Assembly (NCBI GenBank): GCA_040905865.1
Contig: JBBDQU010000085.1
Location: 48,295 to 112,294, forward strand
Direction of reading: 5' to 3'
DNA length: 64,000 bases
DNA from: Alphaproteobacteria bacterium
Lineage (GTDB): Bacteria > Pseudomonadota > Alphaproteobacteria > UBA8366 > GCA-2717185
Part shown: piece after piece, positions 9,827 to 19,570 of the stretch
Layout of the letters: the number at the start of each line of letters is the position of its first letter
Numbering within the stretch: position 1 is the stretch's first letter
Notes under the pieces: model-generated
What the model saw: only the letters and a program-made list of their open reading frames with translations
What the model was told of the DNA's origin: nothing
Databases searched by the model: none
Translations under genes and position numbers: made by a program

Positions 9827-10525
9827 TCAGTCGCTGCCTGTCTCTCTGAACAGGACGCGCGCCGCAACGGCAAGGCTGCGCATTGCCGCCGCACTGTCGC
9901 CCGCCAGCCGGATGAGCCCCGGAAGGTCACTTGGGCGAAACAGCAGGCGCCCCAATACGGCAAACGGACGGCGGCGCCCGTCGGATCCCATGCCCGCCAG
10001 AGCGGCGGCAGGGACGGCCCGCATCGACGGATCGGCGACCGCGCGGATTACCAGTATCGGAATACCCAGTTCGGCCGCCGCCGAAGCCGTACCGTGGCTT
10101 TCCATATCGACGGCGAGAGCGCCGGACCGTAATCTAAGCGCCGCCTTCGCCGCGACCGAAACAGCAGGCGCATCGACGCCCGCGACGCCGCCGATCCGGA
10201 CGCGGCATTCCCGCTGCAGCCCGGCCGCGATGGATTGCGCCCAGGGCCCCGTCATGTCCAATGGCGGTCCTGAATTGCGCCAGACCGTCGCGCCGATCAC
10301 GATATCGCCCGGCAGCAGCGACGGATCGAGACCGCCCGCAAGCCCGAAACTGACCAGCGCTCTTGCGCCCGCCGCCACCTGTTGCCGCGCGAGACCGGCC
10401 GCGCGTTCGGCGCTGCCGCCGGCCACGCCGATAATCGGCATGTCGGCATCCTGCAAGCCGCGACTGGCGGTCCTGATGCGGGCAGCCTCCATCGACAGCC
10501 CCGTCACGATCCCGAGGCGGCTCAC
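9827..10525 (-). CDS. hpnG: HpnG, hopanoid-associated nucleosidase/phosphorylase (PNP/UDP family)
   Basis: PNP_UDP-like sequence (GIVTGL..EA.., SFGLAGGLDP, AVDMES) lies directly after shc with a GTGA start/stop overlap at 10522-10525. Confidence 0.85.
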   Translation of the reverse strand: MSRLGIVTGLSMEAARIRTASRGLQDADMPIIGVAGGSAERAAGLARQQVAAGARALVSFGLAGGLDPSLLPGDIVIGATVWRNSGPPLDMTGPWAQSIAAGLQRECRVRIGGVAGVDAPAVSVAAKAALRLRSGALAVDMESHGTASAAAELGIPILVIRAVADPSMRAVPAAALAGMGSDGRRRPFAVLGRLLFRPSDLPGLIRLAGDSAAAMRSLAVAARVLFRETGSD

Positions 10526-12501
10526 ATTCCGTATGGCGCCGACTTGGCGTTACCGGCTTTCAGGTTGCGGTAACGGGCCAGCGCCCAAAGCGGGAAATAG
10601 GCGCTGTAGCCGTGGTAGCGCAGATAAAAGACCCGCGGGAAGCCGACCGCCGTGTACCAGGGCTCCACCCAGCGGACCCCGTCGCGTTCCGCCGACAGGA
10701 GATATTCGATACCGCGCCGCACGGCGTCCGAGTCGATTTCCCCCGCGGCCATCAGCGCCAGCAGGGCCCAGGCCGTTTGCGACGGTGTGCTCGCCTTCAC
10801 CTTCGTCCGTGTCTCGGCCCAGTATGTCGCGCCATCCTCACCCCAGCCGCCATCGTCCCGCTGGCGGCTTTCAAGCCACGCCACCGCCTTTCGGATATGA
10901 GGCGCCGACATGTCTTCATTCGCCGCATTGAAGGCGCCGAGAACCGACCAGGTGCCGTAGATATAATTCGTGCCCCAGCGTCCGAACCACGAACCGTCCG
11001 GCTGCTGCATATCCCGCAGATAGGCGAGCCCCCGTGCCACAGACGCCTTGCCGGATTCACGCCCCATCTGCGCCAGCATGCTGACGCACCGTGCGGTTAC
11101 ATCCTCGGTCGGCGGGTCGAGCAGCGCGCCATGGTCGGCAAAGGGGATATAATTGAGATAGGTATAGGTGTTTTCCGCATCGAACGACCCCCAGCCGCCG
11201 TTCCTGCACTGCATGCCGACAATCCATTCTTCGGCGCGGTCCAGCGTCGACTCGAATGCCGGGTCGTCCATCCGGTCCAGCGCCATGGCCACCACGGCGG
11301 AATCGTCCACATCCGGATAGTAGTCGTTGTTATACTGGAAGGACCAGCCACCCGGCCGGACGCCCGGACGCCCGTCCGCCCAGTCGCCCCTGACGTCCAG
11401 CACCTGGCGATCCGCCAGCCAGTGCGCCGCCTTTTGCAGCGCATCGCTATCCCGCGATACGCCCGCTTCCATCATCGCCAGCGAGGCGAGGCCGGTATCC
11501 CAGACCGGCGACATGCAGGGCTGGCAATACCCCCGGTCTTCCTCCAGGACGAGCAACCGCCGGATAGCGGTTTTCGCCAGAACGACATCCGGATGATCCT
11601 TGGGAAACCCCAGCCGGTCGAACGCCATGACCGTATTGGCCATCGCAGGAAAAATGCCGCCCAAACCGTCTTCCCCGTTCAGGCGTTCGCGAACGAATGC
11701 CTCCGCCTTTCGGAAGGCGCGTTGCCGCCGGTTCTTCGGATATTGCCGTTCGATAATCCGCAGCACCTTGTCCAGGCCGATCATGATAGCACCCCAGGGG
11801 GACCCGGTCGCATTGCGCATGTAATGCTTGACGTCGTCGGACGGGGTGACGAACAGCTCCTCGATATGCACGCCGCGCGGATTGCGGGCGCGCGGCTTCA
11901 GCGCCATCAGGATCAGCAACGGCACCAGCACCGTGCGCGACCAGTACGATATCTTGGAGATATGGAAGGGAAACCAGCGCGGCAGCAACATGATTTCAAT
12001 CGGCATGACCGGAACCGCCCGCCAGGGAAGCTGATCGAAAAGCGCCAGCGCTATGCGCGTAAACACATTACAGGTTTCGGCCCCGCCATGGGCGAGAATT
12101 GCGTCGCGCGCGCGCGTCATATGCGGTTCTTCGGGACGGTCGCCAAACAGCTTCAGCGCGTAATAGGCCTTTACGCTGGCGCTGATATCGAAATCGCCCT
12201 GGTAAAACAGCGACCAGCCGCCATGCAATTCCTGCTTGTCCCGCAGATAGACCGCGAGCTTGTTCTCTATTTCCGGGTCGATTTCGTCGAGAAAATGCTC
12301 CAGCAGAATATACTCGGCCGGGATCGTCACATCGGCTTCGAGTTCGAACACCCAGTGGCCATCGCCGTTCTGGAGCGCGGCCAGAGCGTTGCCGGCATCT
12401 TCGACGGTCGCATCTACTTTATTCAGAAGTCCATCGTCATGCTGCTGTGGAACGCCGCCGACATATGCGTCGGCCCCTCCAACTTCCCTGGCTGCATTCA
12501 T
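10522..12501 (-). CDS. shc: Squalene-hopene cyclase
   Basis: Repeated QW motifs (..Q..DGGWG..) are present, together with the DVDDSAV (DxDD-type) catalytic motif, read on the minus strand around nt 11.3 kb. 659 aa from ATG 12501. The longer ORF running to 12876 would overlap hpnE. Confidence 0.95.
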   Translation of the reverse strand: MNAAREVGGADAYVGGVPQQHDDGLLNKVDATVEDAGNALAALQNGDGHWVFELEADVTIPAEYILLEHFLDEIDPEIENKLAVYLRDKQELHGGWSLFYQGDFDISASVKAYYALKLFGDRPEEPHMTRARDAILAHGGAETCNVFTRIALALFDQLPWRAVPVMPIEIMLLPRWFPFHISKISYWSRTVLVPLLILMALKPRARNPRGVHIEELFVTPSDDVKHYMRNATGSPWGAIMIGLDKVLRIIERQYPKNRRQRAFRKAEAFVRERLNGEDGLGGIFPAMANTVMAFDRLGFPKDHPDVVLAKTAIRRLLVLEEDRGYCQPCMSPVWDTGLASLAMMEAGVSRDSDALQKAAHWLADRQVLDVRGDWADGRPGVRPGGWSFQYNNDYYPDVDDSAVVAMALDRMDDPAFESTLDRAEEWIVGMQCRNGGWGSFDAENTYTYLNYIPFADHGALLDPPTEDVTARCVSMLAQMGRESGKASVARGLAYLRDMQQPDGSWFGRWGTNYIYGTWSVLGAFNAANEDMSAPHIRKAVAWLESRQRDDGGWGEDGATYWAETRTKVKASTPSQTAWALLALMAAGEIDSDAVRRGIEYLLSAERDGVRWVEPWYTAVGFPRVFYLRYHGYSAYFPLWALARYRNLKAGNAKSAPYGM

Positions 12502-12623
12502 GATGATTACGCTAATCTTCCCATCAACCGAACAAATATACCGATTCGGTGCTTCATGCTTCAATAATCCGAATGTTGTCAATACCGGCGGCCGGTTCGC
12601 GCAGGAATACTTTCTGATCGGTA

Positions 12624-13877
12624 TCAGCCCCCTAATACGGCCTGCGCCGCGGCGTGACCGGAGCGGATGGCGCTTTCGATGGTCGCGGGCAGCCCGGTAT
12701 CGGTCCAGTCGCCGGCAAGGTAAAGATTGGCGGTCGCCGTCCGCGTTTTCGCCCGCAGCCGCATTGCGGCGGGCGTTTGCGAGAAAGTTGCGCGCCGTTC
12801 CTTCACGATTCGGTACGGCGGGATCGCGGCGCCGCGCCAGTCCAGCGCGTGGCAGACGTCCCGCCATAACCGGCACGCGATTGAATCGGCCGGTTCAAGC
12901 GCCAGTTCATCGGCGGCGCTGACGGTGACGGAAACAATATCACCGCGGATGAACAGCCAGTGCGCCAGGCCGCCGACCAGTCCGAGCATGGAAACGTCGT
13001 CACCGGCGGACAGCGGCGCCGCGAGCCGGAAATGCGCGTTCACGATGGCATGACTGCCGTCCGGCAGCGCCATGTCCGGAAAAACCGCCTTCAATCCGGC
13101 AGGAGGCAGCGCCAGGATGACGGAATCGGCAGACTGCACCACGACACCGGTATCCGAAAAATCGAGGTAGCTAATCGCGCCGTTACGCCGTTCCACGCCC
13201 TTCAGGCGATGCGCATACCGGATATCCGCCCCCGCGGCCGCCAGCGTCGACAGAGCCGGCGTCACAAAGCTGTCCGACAGGCTGGTCCGGGCGGCCAGCG
13301 GCCGGCAAAGCGCCGCGCCGCCGGCAAAGGTCTCCGTCAGGACCTGCCACAGTGGCGCGGCCGCCGCACGATCCGCCGGCGTGTTGAGCGCGGCCACGGC
13401 CAACGGTTCCCAGAAACGTGCATACAATGCCCCTGTGTCCCCCAGCACCTCTTCGACAGTTGCGGCCGGGCCCGCCTGGCGAAGGCGCAGGGCGGCAAGA
13501 AAATCGACAGGGCGGGTTCCGGGCGGGCGTCTGCCGGGACACAGGATCCACCACGGAACCGGACCGGCGTTCGGCCGGACCGTCCAGCGCGCGCCGCTCG
13601 CCAGGTCAACGAAGGGAAAGGCGGCGTCCCCCGGTCCGGACAGCGGGTCAGCGGCGCCGGTTTCGTCCAGATAGGCCATGACGGAACGATTGCCGCTCAA
13701 CAGCATGTGGTTGCCATTGTCGATCACGGCGCCCAGGACGCTGTCATGAAATGAACGGCAGCGGCCGCCGGCGTGACCGCTGGATTCGTAGACCGTGACG
13801 AGACGGCCCGCCGCCGCGAGCCGGACGGCCGCAGCCAGCCCCGCCAGTCCCGCACCCACAACATGAACCCGTGTCAT
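12624..13877 (-). CDS. hpnE: Hydroxysqualene dehydroxylase HpnE (FAD-dependent desaturase)
   Basis: N-terminal FAD fold VHVVGAGLAGLAAAVRL..G..V.V.E, amine-oxidase-like body, and position between hpnD and shc. Start at ATG 13877. Confidence 0.88.
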   Translation of the reverse strand: MTRVHVVGAGLAGLAAAVRLAAAGRLVTVYESSGHAGGRCRSFHDSVLGAVIDNGNHMLLSGNRSVMAYLDETGAADPLSGPGDAAFPFVDLASGARWTVRPNAGPVPWWILCPGRRPPGTRPVDFLAALRLRQAGPAATVEEVLGDTGALYARFWEPLAVAALNTPADRAAAAPLWQVLTETFAGGAALCRPLAARTSLSDSFVTPALSTLAAAGADIRYAHRLKGVERRNGAISYLDFSDTGVVVQSADSVILALPPAGLKAVFPDMALPDGSHAIVNAHFRLAAPLSAGDDVSMLGLVGGLAHWLFIRGDIVSVTVSAADELALEPADSIACRLWRDVCHALDWRGAAIPPYRIVKERRATFSQTPAAMRLRAKTRTATANLYLAGDWTDTGLPATIESAIRSGHAAAQAVLGG

Positions 13878-13884
13878 CCCCGCC

Positions 13885-14790
13885 CTAGAAGAAACTGTGC
13901 CGCAGCACGAGGCGGATTTTCGCCCATCGCGACAGGCCAACCGGTTCGTCGAGCCGGTTCCATCCGCGCCGACGGAGCATCTCGAGCGTCTGCCGATAAA
14001 CCGCCATCATCAGAATGGCCGGCCGAATCCTGCGCCGGTCGAGACGCTGCATCAGGTACGCGCTGACGGTGAAAGCTTCCCGGGCCACTTCAGCGAGGTC
14101 CGCGCAGACGCGCGCCACCGCCGGGTCCGCCAATAATTCGGAAGCGGTCGTCGCCGTCACGCCATGTTTGTCCAGCAGTTCCCGCGGCAGGTAAAGCCGC
14201 CCTGCAAGGGCATCTTCATGAACGTCGCGGAGGATATTGGTCAACTGCAGGGCATTGCCCAGGCTGACCGCCAGGTCCGGCGCCGGCGGACGGGTTTCGC
14301 CAAAGGCGTGAATCGACAGCATGCCGACCGCACCGGCGACGCGCCGGCAATACAGAAACAGATCGGCGTAGCTGGGCCCCCAGATTGCTTCGCGCGCATC
14401 CATTTCCATACCGTCGATTACGGCAAGGAACTCCGCCCTGGGCAGTCCGAATGCCTGAACCGGATCAAGCAGCGCCTGCGCGGTGGGGAAATGGGGCCGG
14501 CCGTCATACAGGCTTTCGACTTCGTCACGCCATGCCGCCAGACGCGCCAGCTTGCCGGCGGCGTCTCCGGGCCCGTCGGCAATGTCGTCCACCTCCCGGC
14601 AAAAGGCGTAGATCGCATACATCGCCGCCCGCCGGTCCGACGGCAGCACACGCATGCCAAGGCGGAAAGACGAGCCGGAACGTTCCACGATCCGGCGCGC
14701 ATGCTCCCGCGCCGCCGCCGCATCGAACACGATCGGCGCATCGTCGCTGCGTGTCAGGTCGTCTGAAGCGGAAGACTGCAAGTTCGCCAT
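13885..14790 (-). CDS. hpnD: Presqualene diphosphate synthase HpnD
   Basis: Squalene/phytoene synthase family: SSF..GMRVLP..RRAAMYAIYAFCREVDDIADG and a second Asp-rich region. Canonical hpnC-hpnD-hpnE order. Confidence 0.88.
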   Translation of the reverse strand: MANLQSSASDDLTRSDDAPIVFDAAAAREHARRIVERSGSSFRLGMRVLPSDRRAAMYAIYAFCREVDDIADGPGDAAGKLARLAAWRDEVESLYDGRPHFPTAQALLDPVQAFGLPRAEFLAVIDGMEMDAREAIWGPSYADLFLYCRRVAGAVGMLSIHAFGETRPPAPDLAVSLGNALQLTNILRDVHEDALAGRLYLPRELLDKHGVTATTASELLADPAVARVCADLAEVAREAFTVSAYLMQRLDRRRIRPAILMMAVYRQTLEMLRRRGWNRLDEPVGLSRWAKIRLVLRHSFF

Positions 14791-14856
14791 CGTCGGATTA
14801 GATTCGGAATACGGCCGTTACCGTAACGCTACGGCGCCCGCCCCTCTATACCAGAT

Positions 14857-15705
14857 TCAGCCGGAGCGGCGAACCACATCCCAAAGCCCGCCCATACCGC
14901 ACAGGATATATTGCGGCCGGCGCAGGACGACCCGTTCCGCCAGGGGGTCCCGGCGTCGTAACGCCTGCGTCAGACGGTTGGCGATCCGCACGATCACCGC
15001 CGCTTCCAGCGCAAATCGGGTATTGCGCAACCGGCCGATCAGCGACTCCGCGACGGCCATAAGGGTTTCTGTCGAATCGAGGCTTTGATCGATCACCCTG
15101 CGCAGGCCCGCGCTGGCGGCAGCACCGTCCAGCGACGCCACGGTAATGCCCGCTTCGGACATCCAGTCGCCGGGCAGGTAGACCCGGTCCAGCGCCCGAT
15201 AGTCATCCTGGCAGTCCTGCAGGTGATTGATCACCTGCAGGGCGCAACACAGCGCGTCGGATGCGGCATAGGCGTCCTTCGTTTCGCCATGCAGGTCGAT
15301 CAGGTACCGGCCGACGGGGGCGGCGGACAGCATGCAATACGCCATCAGGTCGTCCCAGTCGGCGTAGCGCGATTTCACCGCATCCTGTTTGAACGCGGCG
15401 ATGAGGTCGAGGCAATGCTGCGGATCCACATGAGTCGCGGCCATGCTGTCGCGAATGGCGTTCGCCCTGGCGAAGGCGGGATTGGCGCCGCCGGGGTCGC
15501 GCAATGCATCCGCAAACCCGTCCAGCCGGGATATCTTCTCTGCCGGCGCGAGGTCGGGGTCATCGGCGATATCGTCGATAGCCCGGGCGTAGGCGTAGAA
15601 GATGGCGACATGCGGCCGCAGGGAAGCCGGCAGCAGCCACGATCCAACCGGGAAGTTTTCATCCCTGGCTTGTTTTCCGGAAGGCGTTTCAACGGTATCG
15701 GACAA
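14857..15705 (-). CDS. hpnC: Hydroxysqualene synthase HpnC
   Basis: Squalene/phytoene synthase family: ENFPVGSWLLP...YAYARAIDDIADD. Located upstream of hpnD. Confidence 0.88.
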   Translation of the reverse strand: MSDTVETPSGKQARDENFPVGSWLLPASLRPHVAIFYAYARAIDDIADDPDLAPAEKISRLDGFADALRDPGGANPAFARANAIRDSMAATHVDPQHCLDLIAAFKQDAVKSRYADWDDLMAYCMLSAAPVGRYLIDLHGETKDAYAASDALCCALQVINHLQDCQDDYRALDRVYLPGDWMSEAGITVASLDGAAASAGLRRVIDQSLDSTETLMAVAESLIGRLRNTRFALEAAVIVRIANRLTQALRRRDPLAERVVLRRPQYILCGMGGLWDVVRRSG

Positions 15706-15729
15706 GATTTCCTCATATGAACGGGCAAA

Positions 15730-16908
15730 TCAGTGCGGATAGACGCGGCCTTTCCAGCCGCCGCCCTTGCCTTCCCAATGCCGGATGGCGGATGCGATCG
15801 TCATTGCGGTGTAAAGCATGGCGGCCACCGGCAGCAACACCGCAGCGACACCAGGACGGCGATAGAATTTTAACGTGGGGAGATAGGCTACGCACATCAG
15901 ACCGTAAGCCGCCAGGCCCGGAACCGCGGCGGCGGGCCCGAGCCATGGCGAGACGAACACGGCCGCGGGCGGCGCCGCAAAGACCAGCAGCATGGCCAGG
16001 ACGCATCCGGCAAGCAGCCATGGCGAATAACCCAGCTGCGTATAGGCGCTGCGCGCGACCATGCGCCAGACGCCGCGGAGCCCGCCATAGGGCCGGACGG
16101 AACGAGTTTCGGCGCTCAGCCCGAGCCAGAGGCGACCGCCGGTATCCGCGATAAGGCGCGCCAGCCGGCAATCGTCGATCAGCGCGTCACGCATGGCGGA
16201 CATGCCGCCGGCGCGCTCCAGCGCGGACCGGCGCACCAGCATGCAGCCGCCAGCCGCAGCGGCGGTTGATTTACGCGCATCGTCGTTCACCCAGGCGAAG
16301 GGATAGAGCATCTGGAAAAAGAAGACGAAAGGCGGAACCAGCAGACGTTCCCAAACATCCGCCACCGCCAGCGTTACCATGATGGAAACGAGATCCTTTT
16401 GCCCTGACTCCGCCCTGGCGACCAGGCGGCGCAGGTTGGACCGCTCATGCGCGATATCGGCGTCGCTGAACAGGATGTAGCGCGCGTCGGGAAAATGGTC
16501 CCGTGCATGCGATACACCCTGGTCCATCGCCCAGACCTTGCCGGCCCAGCCGGGCGCCAGCGGCGCGCCATCGACGACGCGGAGCCGCGCCTGCTCGCGA
16601 ATGCCTTCGGCGGCGGCGCGTGCGGCCGCGACGGTGCCGTCTTCGCTGTTGTCGTTTACAAGGATCACGGAAACGGGGCGCGGATAATCCTGCGTCAGCA
16701 GCGATTCAACCGTTTGTCCGATGACATCGGCTTCGTTCCGGGCCGGGATCACCACGACAACCGCCGGCCACTCGTCCCGGCCGTCAAAGGTCTCGATAGG
16801 TTCCGATCCGACCCGGCATTCGCCGCGCCAGAACCCGCCGCGGAAAAGCACCAGATACAGCCAGACAATGCATGACAGGACGGCCAGACTGACGACGGTT
16901 TGCCCCAC
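15730..16908 (-). CDS. hpnB: HpnB, hopene-associated family-2 glycosyltransferase
   Basis: GT2 core VVVIPARNEADVIGQTVESLLTQDYP...ILVNDNSEDGT with DAD and C-terminal TM helices. GTG start at 16908. Located upstream of hpnC. Confidence 0.8.
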   Translation of the reverse strand: MGQTVVSLAVLSCIVWLYLVLFRGGFWRGECRVGSEPIETFDGRDEWPAVVVVIPARNEADVIGQTVESLLTQDYPRPVSVILVNDNSEDGTVAAARAAAEGIREQARLRVVDGAPLAPGWAGKVWAMDQGVSHARDHFPDARYILFSDADIAHERSNLRRLVARAESGQKDLVSIMVTLAVADVWERLLVPPFVFFFQMLYPFAWVNDDARKSTAAAAGGCMLVRRSALERAGGMSAMRDALIDDCRLARLIADTGGRLWLGLSAETRSVRPYGGLRGVWRMVARSAYTQLGYSPWLLAGCVLAMLLVFAAPPAAVFVSPWLGPAAAVPGLAAYGLMCVAYLPTLKFYRRPGVAAVLLPVAAMLYTAMTIASAIRHWEGKGGGWKGRVYPH

Positions 16909-16911
16909 CGG

Positions 16912-17664
16912 TTACACGCGAAACACATACTCTTTGCCGGCATCGCGTTCTATGTCGGGCGGATAGCTGTTGCGTTTGTCGGCATAATACTGCGCGCGAT
17001 GGTCGCCGTCGGAAAGACGGTTATAGGTAATATAAAGGACGCGCCGCGGCGATTCGGTCAGGTTCGGCGCGGATCGATGCGGCGCATATGAATCGAAGAA
17101 AACGACATCGCCGGGCCGGGTCGGGCACGACCGGTAGACCACTTCGCTGTCGGCCCCATCGTCCAGGGGACGCCATTCATCGCCGATCAGCCCCCTGTTA
17201 TGCCAACCGGCGGCCATTTCCAGGCAACCGTTTTCCGGTGTCGCGGCGTCGATGCTGACCAGGGCGGTCACATGGAAGTCCGCATACACGTTCCAGCCGG
17301 CCTGCGCATCCTGATGCGCCCTGAAACCATCGCCGCCGGGCATCTTCATGTTGATCTTTTCCTTGAACAGGACGGCGGGCTCGCCCAGCAATTGCGACAT
17401 GGCGTCAACCAGTGGCCCCTGTCGCATCAACGCATCGAATCCGGCGTGATACGGGCAGAAATTCTCGATCCGGGAAACAACGCGGGCCGCAGGGTCGATC
17501 AGGCTGGTTTCATAGTAGATCATGTGTTGGCCGGGGGATTCGGGCCAGCGCAGCACCTCCTCCGTCCATGCCGTTATATCGCGGATGACGGCCGCATCGC
17601 ACATACCCGGCACGACGACAAACCCGTCCCGCCGAAACGCCTGTACGTCTTCATGTGACAGCAT
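16912..17664 (-). CDS. PhyH-family Fe(II)/2-oxoglutarate dioxygenase
   Basis: Phytanoyl-CoA dioxygenase-like: HQD (HxD) in ..FRAHQDAQ.., a distal His in ..YAPHRSAPN.. and an Arg in ..PRRVLYITY. The TAA stop lies 3 nt before the hpnB GTG. Confidence 0.8.
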   Translation of the reverse strand: MLSHEDVQAFRRDGFVVVPGMCDAAVIRDITAWTEEVLRWPESPGQHMIYYETSLIDPAARVVSRIENFCPYHAGFDALMRQGPLVDAMSQLLGEPAVLFKEKINMKMPGGDGFRAHQDAQAGWNVYADFHVTALVSIDAATPENGCLEMAAGWHNRGLIGDEWRPLDDGADSEVVYRSCPTRPGDVVFFDSYAPHRSAPNLTESPRRVLYITYNRLSDGDHRAQYYADKRNSYPPDIERDAGKEYVFRV

Positions 17665-17855
17665 TACCAATAGATCTCTTCAAACTGTTTCCAACCGGGA
17701 ACCGGGCCGGAGCATGCCGTATATTTCGCATGCGACGGTACCGGCATCAATACATGCGATCCGCAAACCCATTCGTTAACCATGCTGCTTCAGGATCTGT
17801 TAACGCGCGTGAACGATACTGCAAAAATCCATCTGAATTCATCAGGAACCCGATC

Positions 17856-19541
17856 ATGAGGGCCATCGACTTGCTGGCAGAAAGCTTCCCGCAGCACGAG
17901 CCCGATGCCGACCATGAACGCATTGTCGCCGCCTTCGACAAATTGCGGGTCGCAATTGCCATTTTCGATGACCATGATCGCCTGACATACTGTAACACGC
18001 ATTTCCGGTATATCTTTCAGTCGTTCAAGACACTGGGCCGGATCGTTGGCATGACGTATGCCGATCTGCTTCGGCGCAAGATCGACAATAACGAAATCGC
18101 CGGTACCGATATTGTTGACGATCCCGAAGGCTGGATCGCCAGGCGGCTGATTCTCAGGCGGCGCGCGATGGCTGAGCCCTACGACGAACGCCTGACCGAC
18201 GGTCGCTGGATACGCATCAGCGAACGCATGCTCGAAAGCGGCGGCACGATCCGGATGTATACGGATATTACCGCGTCAAAGGTCGGCGAATACCGATTCC
18301 TGAGCGCTGTCGAGGACAGCCAGGACGCCCTTGCCTTCTGGGACCAGCGCGACAAACTCATCATGCGCAACGACGCGTTCGAAACGCTGTTCGTCACGCC
18401 GGGCGGGAATCTGCTGCCGGGCGTCTCCTTCACCGCAGTCCTGCGTATCGCGGCGGACTATCATTTTCAAATCGATACCGGAGCGGAAGACTGGGTTCGG
18501 GAAAGGCTGCGTCAACACCTGCTTCCCGATCACCGGGAAATCTGGCGGCATCGGGACGGCAGATGGTTTCTGGTCAACGAACACAGGTCGCGCGATGGCG
18601 GGATCGTGACGCGCCTGTCCGACGTCACAGAAGTAAAGGAAAACGAGCTAGCGATGATCGAGCGGGGCACCACGCTGTCCGGCACGGTGCATCAACTCGA
18701 AATGTCGAAGTACATGTTTGAAAAGCAGAGCATGGAACATGTCCATGCGCTGGAGAAACTGGCGAGCGCAAAGGCGGAGCTTGAAGCCGCCAATGCCAGC
18801 CGTTCCCGCTTCCTCAGCATTATCAGCCATGAATTGCGTACGCCAATGAACGCCATCATCGGCTTTTCAGAAATCCTGAAAAATGAGATGCTGGGCCCGA
18901 TCGGCCCGAAAAAATATGTCGAATACGCTGGCGACATATGCGCCAGTGGGCAGCATCTTCTATCGCTTATTAACGATCTCCTCGACATGTCGAAAGTCGA
19001 AGCCGGCAAATGGCGGCTCAATCGCAGCGAAGTGTATGTGGAGGCGCTGGTGCGTTCCTGTGCCAGGCTCATGTCCGAACAGGCTGCCAGTGGCAACGTC
19101 ACGATAGATCTGAGTTTTTCGAACACGCAGAATCCCGTGTACATCGACGAACGGGCGATACGGCAAGTGCTTCTGAACCTGCTGTCCAATGCGCTGAAAT
19201 TCACGGGGAAGGCCGGAAGCATCCGTATCGATACCGCCGTCGAAGGCACGCTTTTGACTGTTGCCGTCATCGACAACGGCGTCGGGATTCAAGAGTGCGA
19301 TCTGTCGCGGGTGTTCAAACCGTTCGAACAGGGGGAAAATAACCTGAACCGTACCCATGAAGGCACCGGCCTTGGACTGTCGCTTTGCAAGTCGCTGGTT
19401 GAACTGCATGGCGGCACGATCCACATCGACAGCCACGAAGGCGAAGGCACGACGGTCGCGTTCAGCCTGCCGCTGGAATACGCCCCGCCGTCAACAAACG
19501 GATCAACCGGTTCAACGGATTCCGAAACAGACTCGGCGTGA
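17856..19541 (+). CDS. Soluble PAS-domain sensor histidine kinase
   Basis: PAS-like repeats, H-box SIISHELRTPMNAI, N box LLNLLSNALKFT, G1 DNGVGI and G2 GTGLGLSL. AGGA lies 9 nt upstream of ATG 17856. No TM segment was seen. Confidence 0.88.
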   Translation: MRAIDLLAESFPQHEPDADHERIVAAFDKLRVAIAIFDDHDRLTYCNTHFRYIFQSFKTLGRIVGMTYADLLRRKIDNNEIAGTDIVDDPEGWIARRLILRRRAMAEPYDERLTDGRWIRISERMLESGGTIRMYTDITASKVGEYRFLSAVEDSQDALAFWDQRDKLIMRNDAFETLFVTPGGNLLPGVSFTAVLRIAADYHFQIDTGAEDWVRERLRQHLLPDHREIWRHRDGRWFLVNEHRSRDGGIVTRLSDVTEVKENELAMIERGTTLSGTVHQLEMSKYMFEKQSMEHVHALEKLASAKAELEAANASRSRFLSIISHELRTPMNAIIGFSEILKNEMLGPIGPKKYVEYAGDICASGQHLLSLINDLLDMSKVEAGKWRLNRSEVYVEALVRSCARLMSEQAASGNVTIDLSFSNTQNPVYIDERAIRQVLLNLLSNALKFTGKAGSIRIDTAVEGTLLTVAVIDNGVGIQECDLSRVFKPFEQGENNLNRTHEGTGLGLSLCKSLVELHGGTIHIDSHEGEGTTVAFSLPLEYAPPSTNGSTGSTDSETDSA

Positions 19542-19570
19542 GCGTTCCGCGGACGGCAGGTTGGTCGCGG

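Noticed and set aside
10612-12567. A 651-aa + strand ORF is antisense to shc. Similar long antisense ORFs occur at 3932-5416 (opposite hpnN), 8635-9963 (opposite hpnH), 36228-37517 (opposite the cyclase), 29728-31458, 32568-33965 and 38286-40145.
   Set aside because: All lie opposite genes with clear family motifs. They have Arg/Gly/Pro-rich composition typical of GC-driven spurious frames and have no RBS or operon logic.
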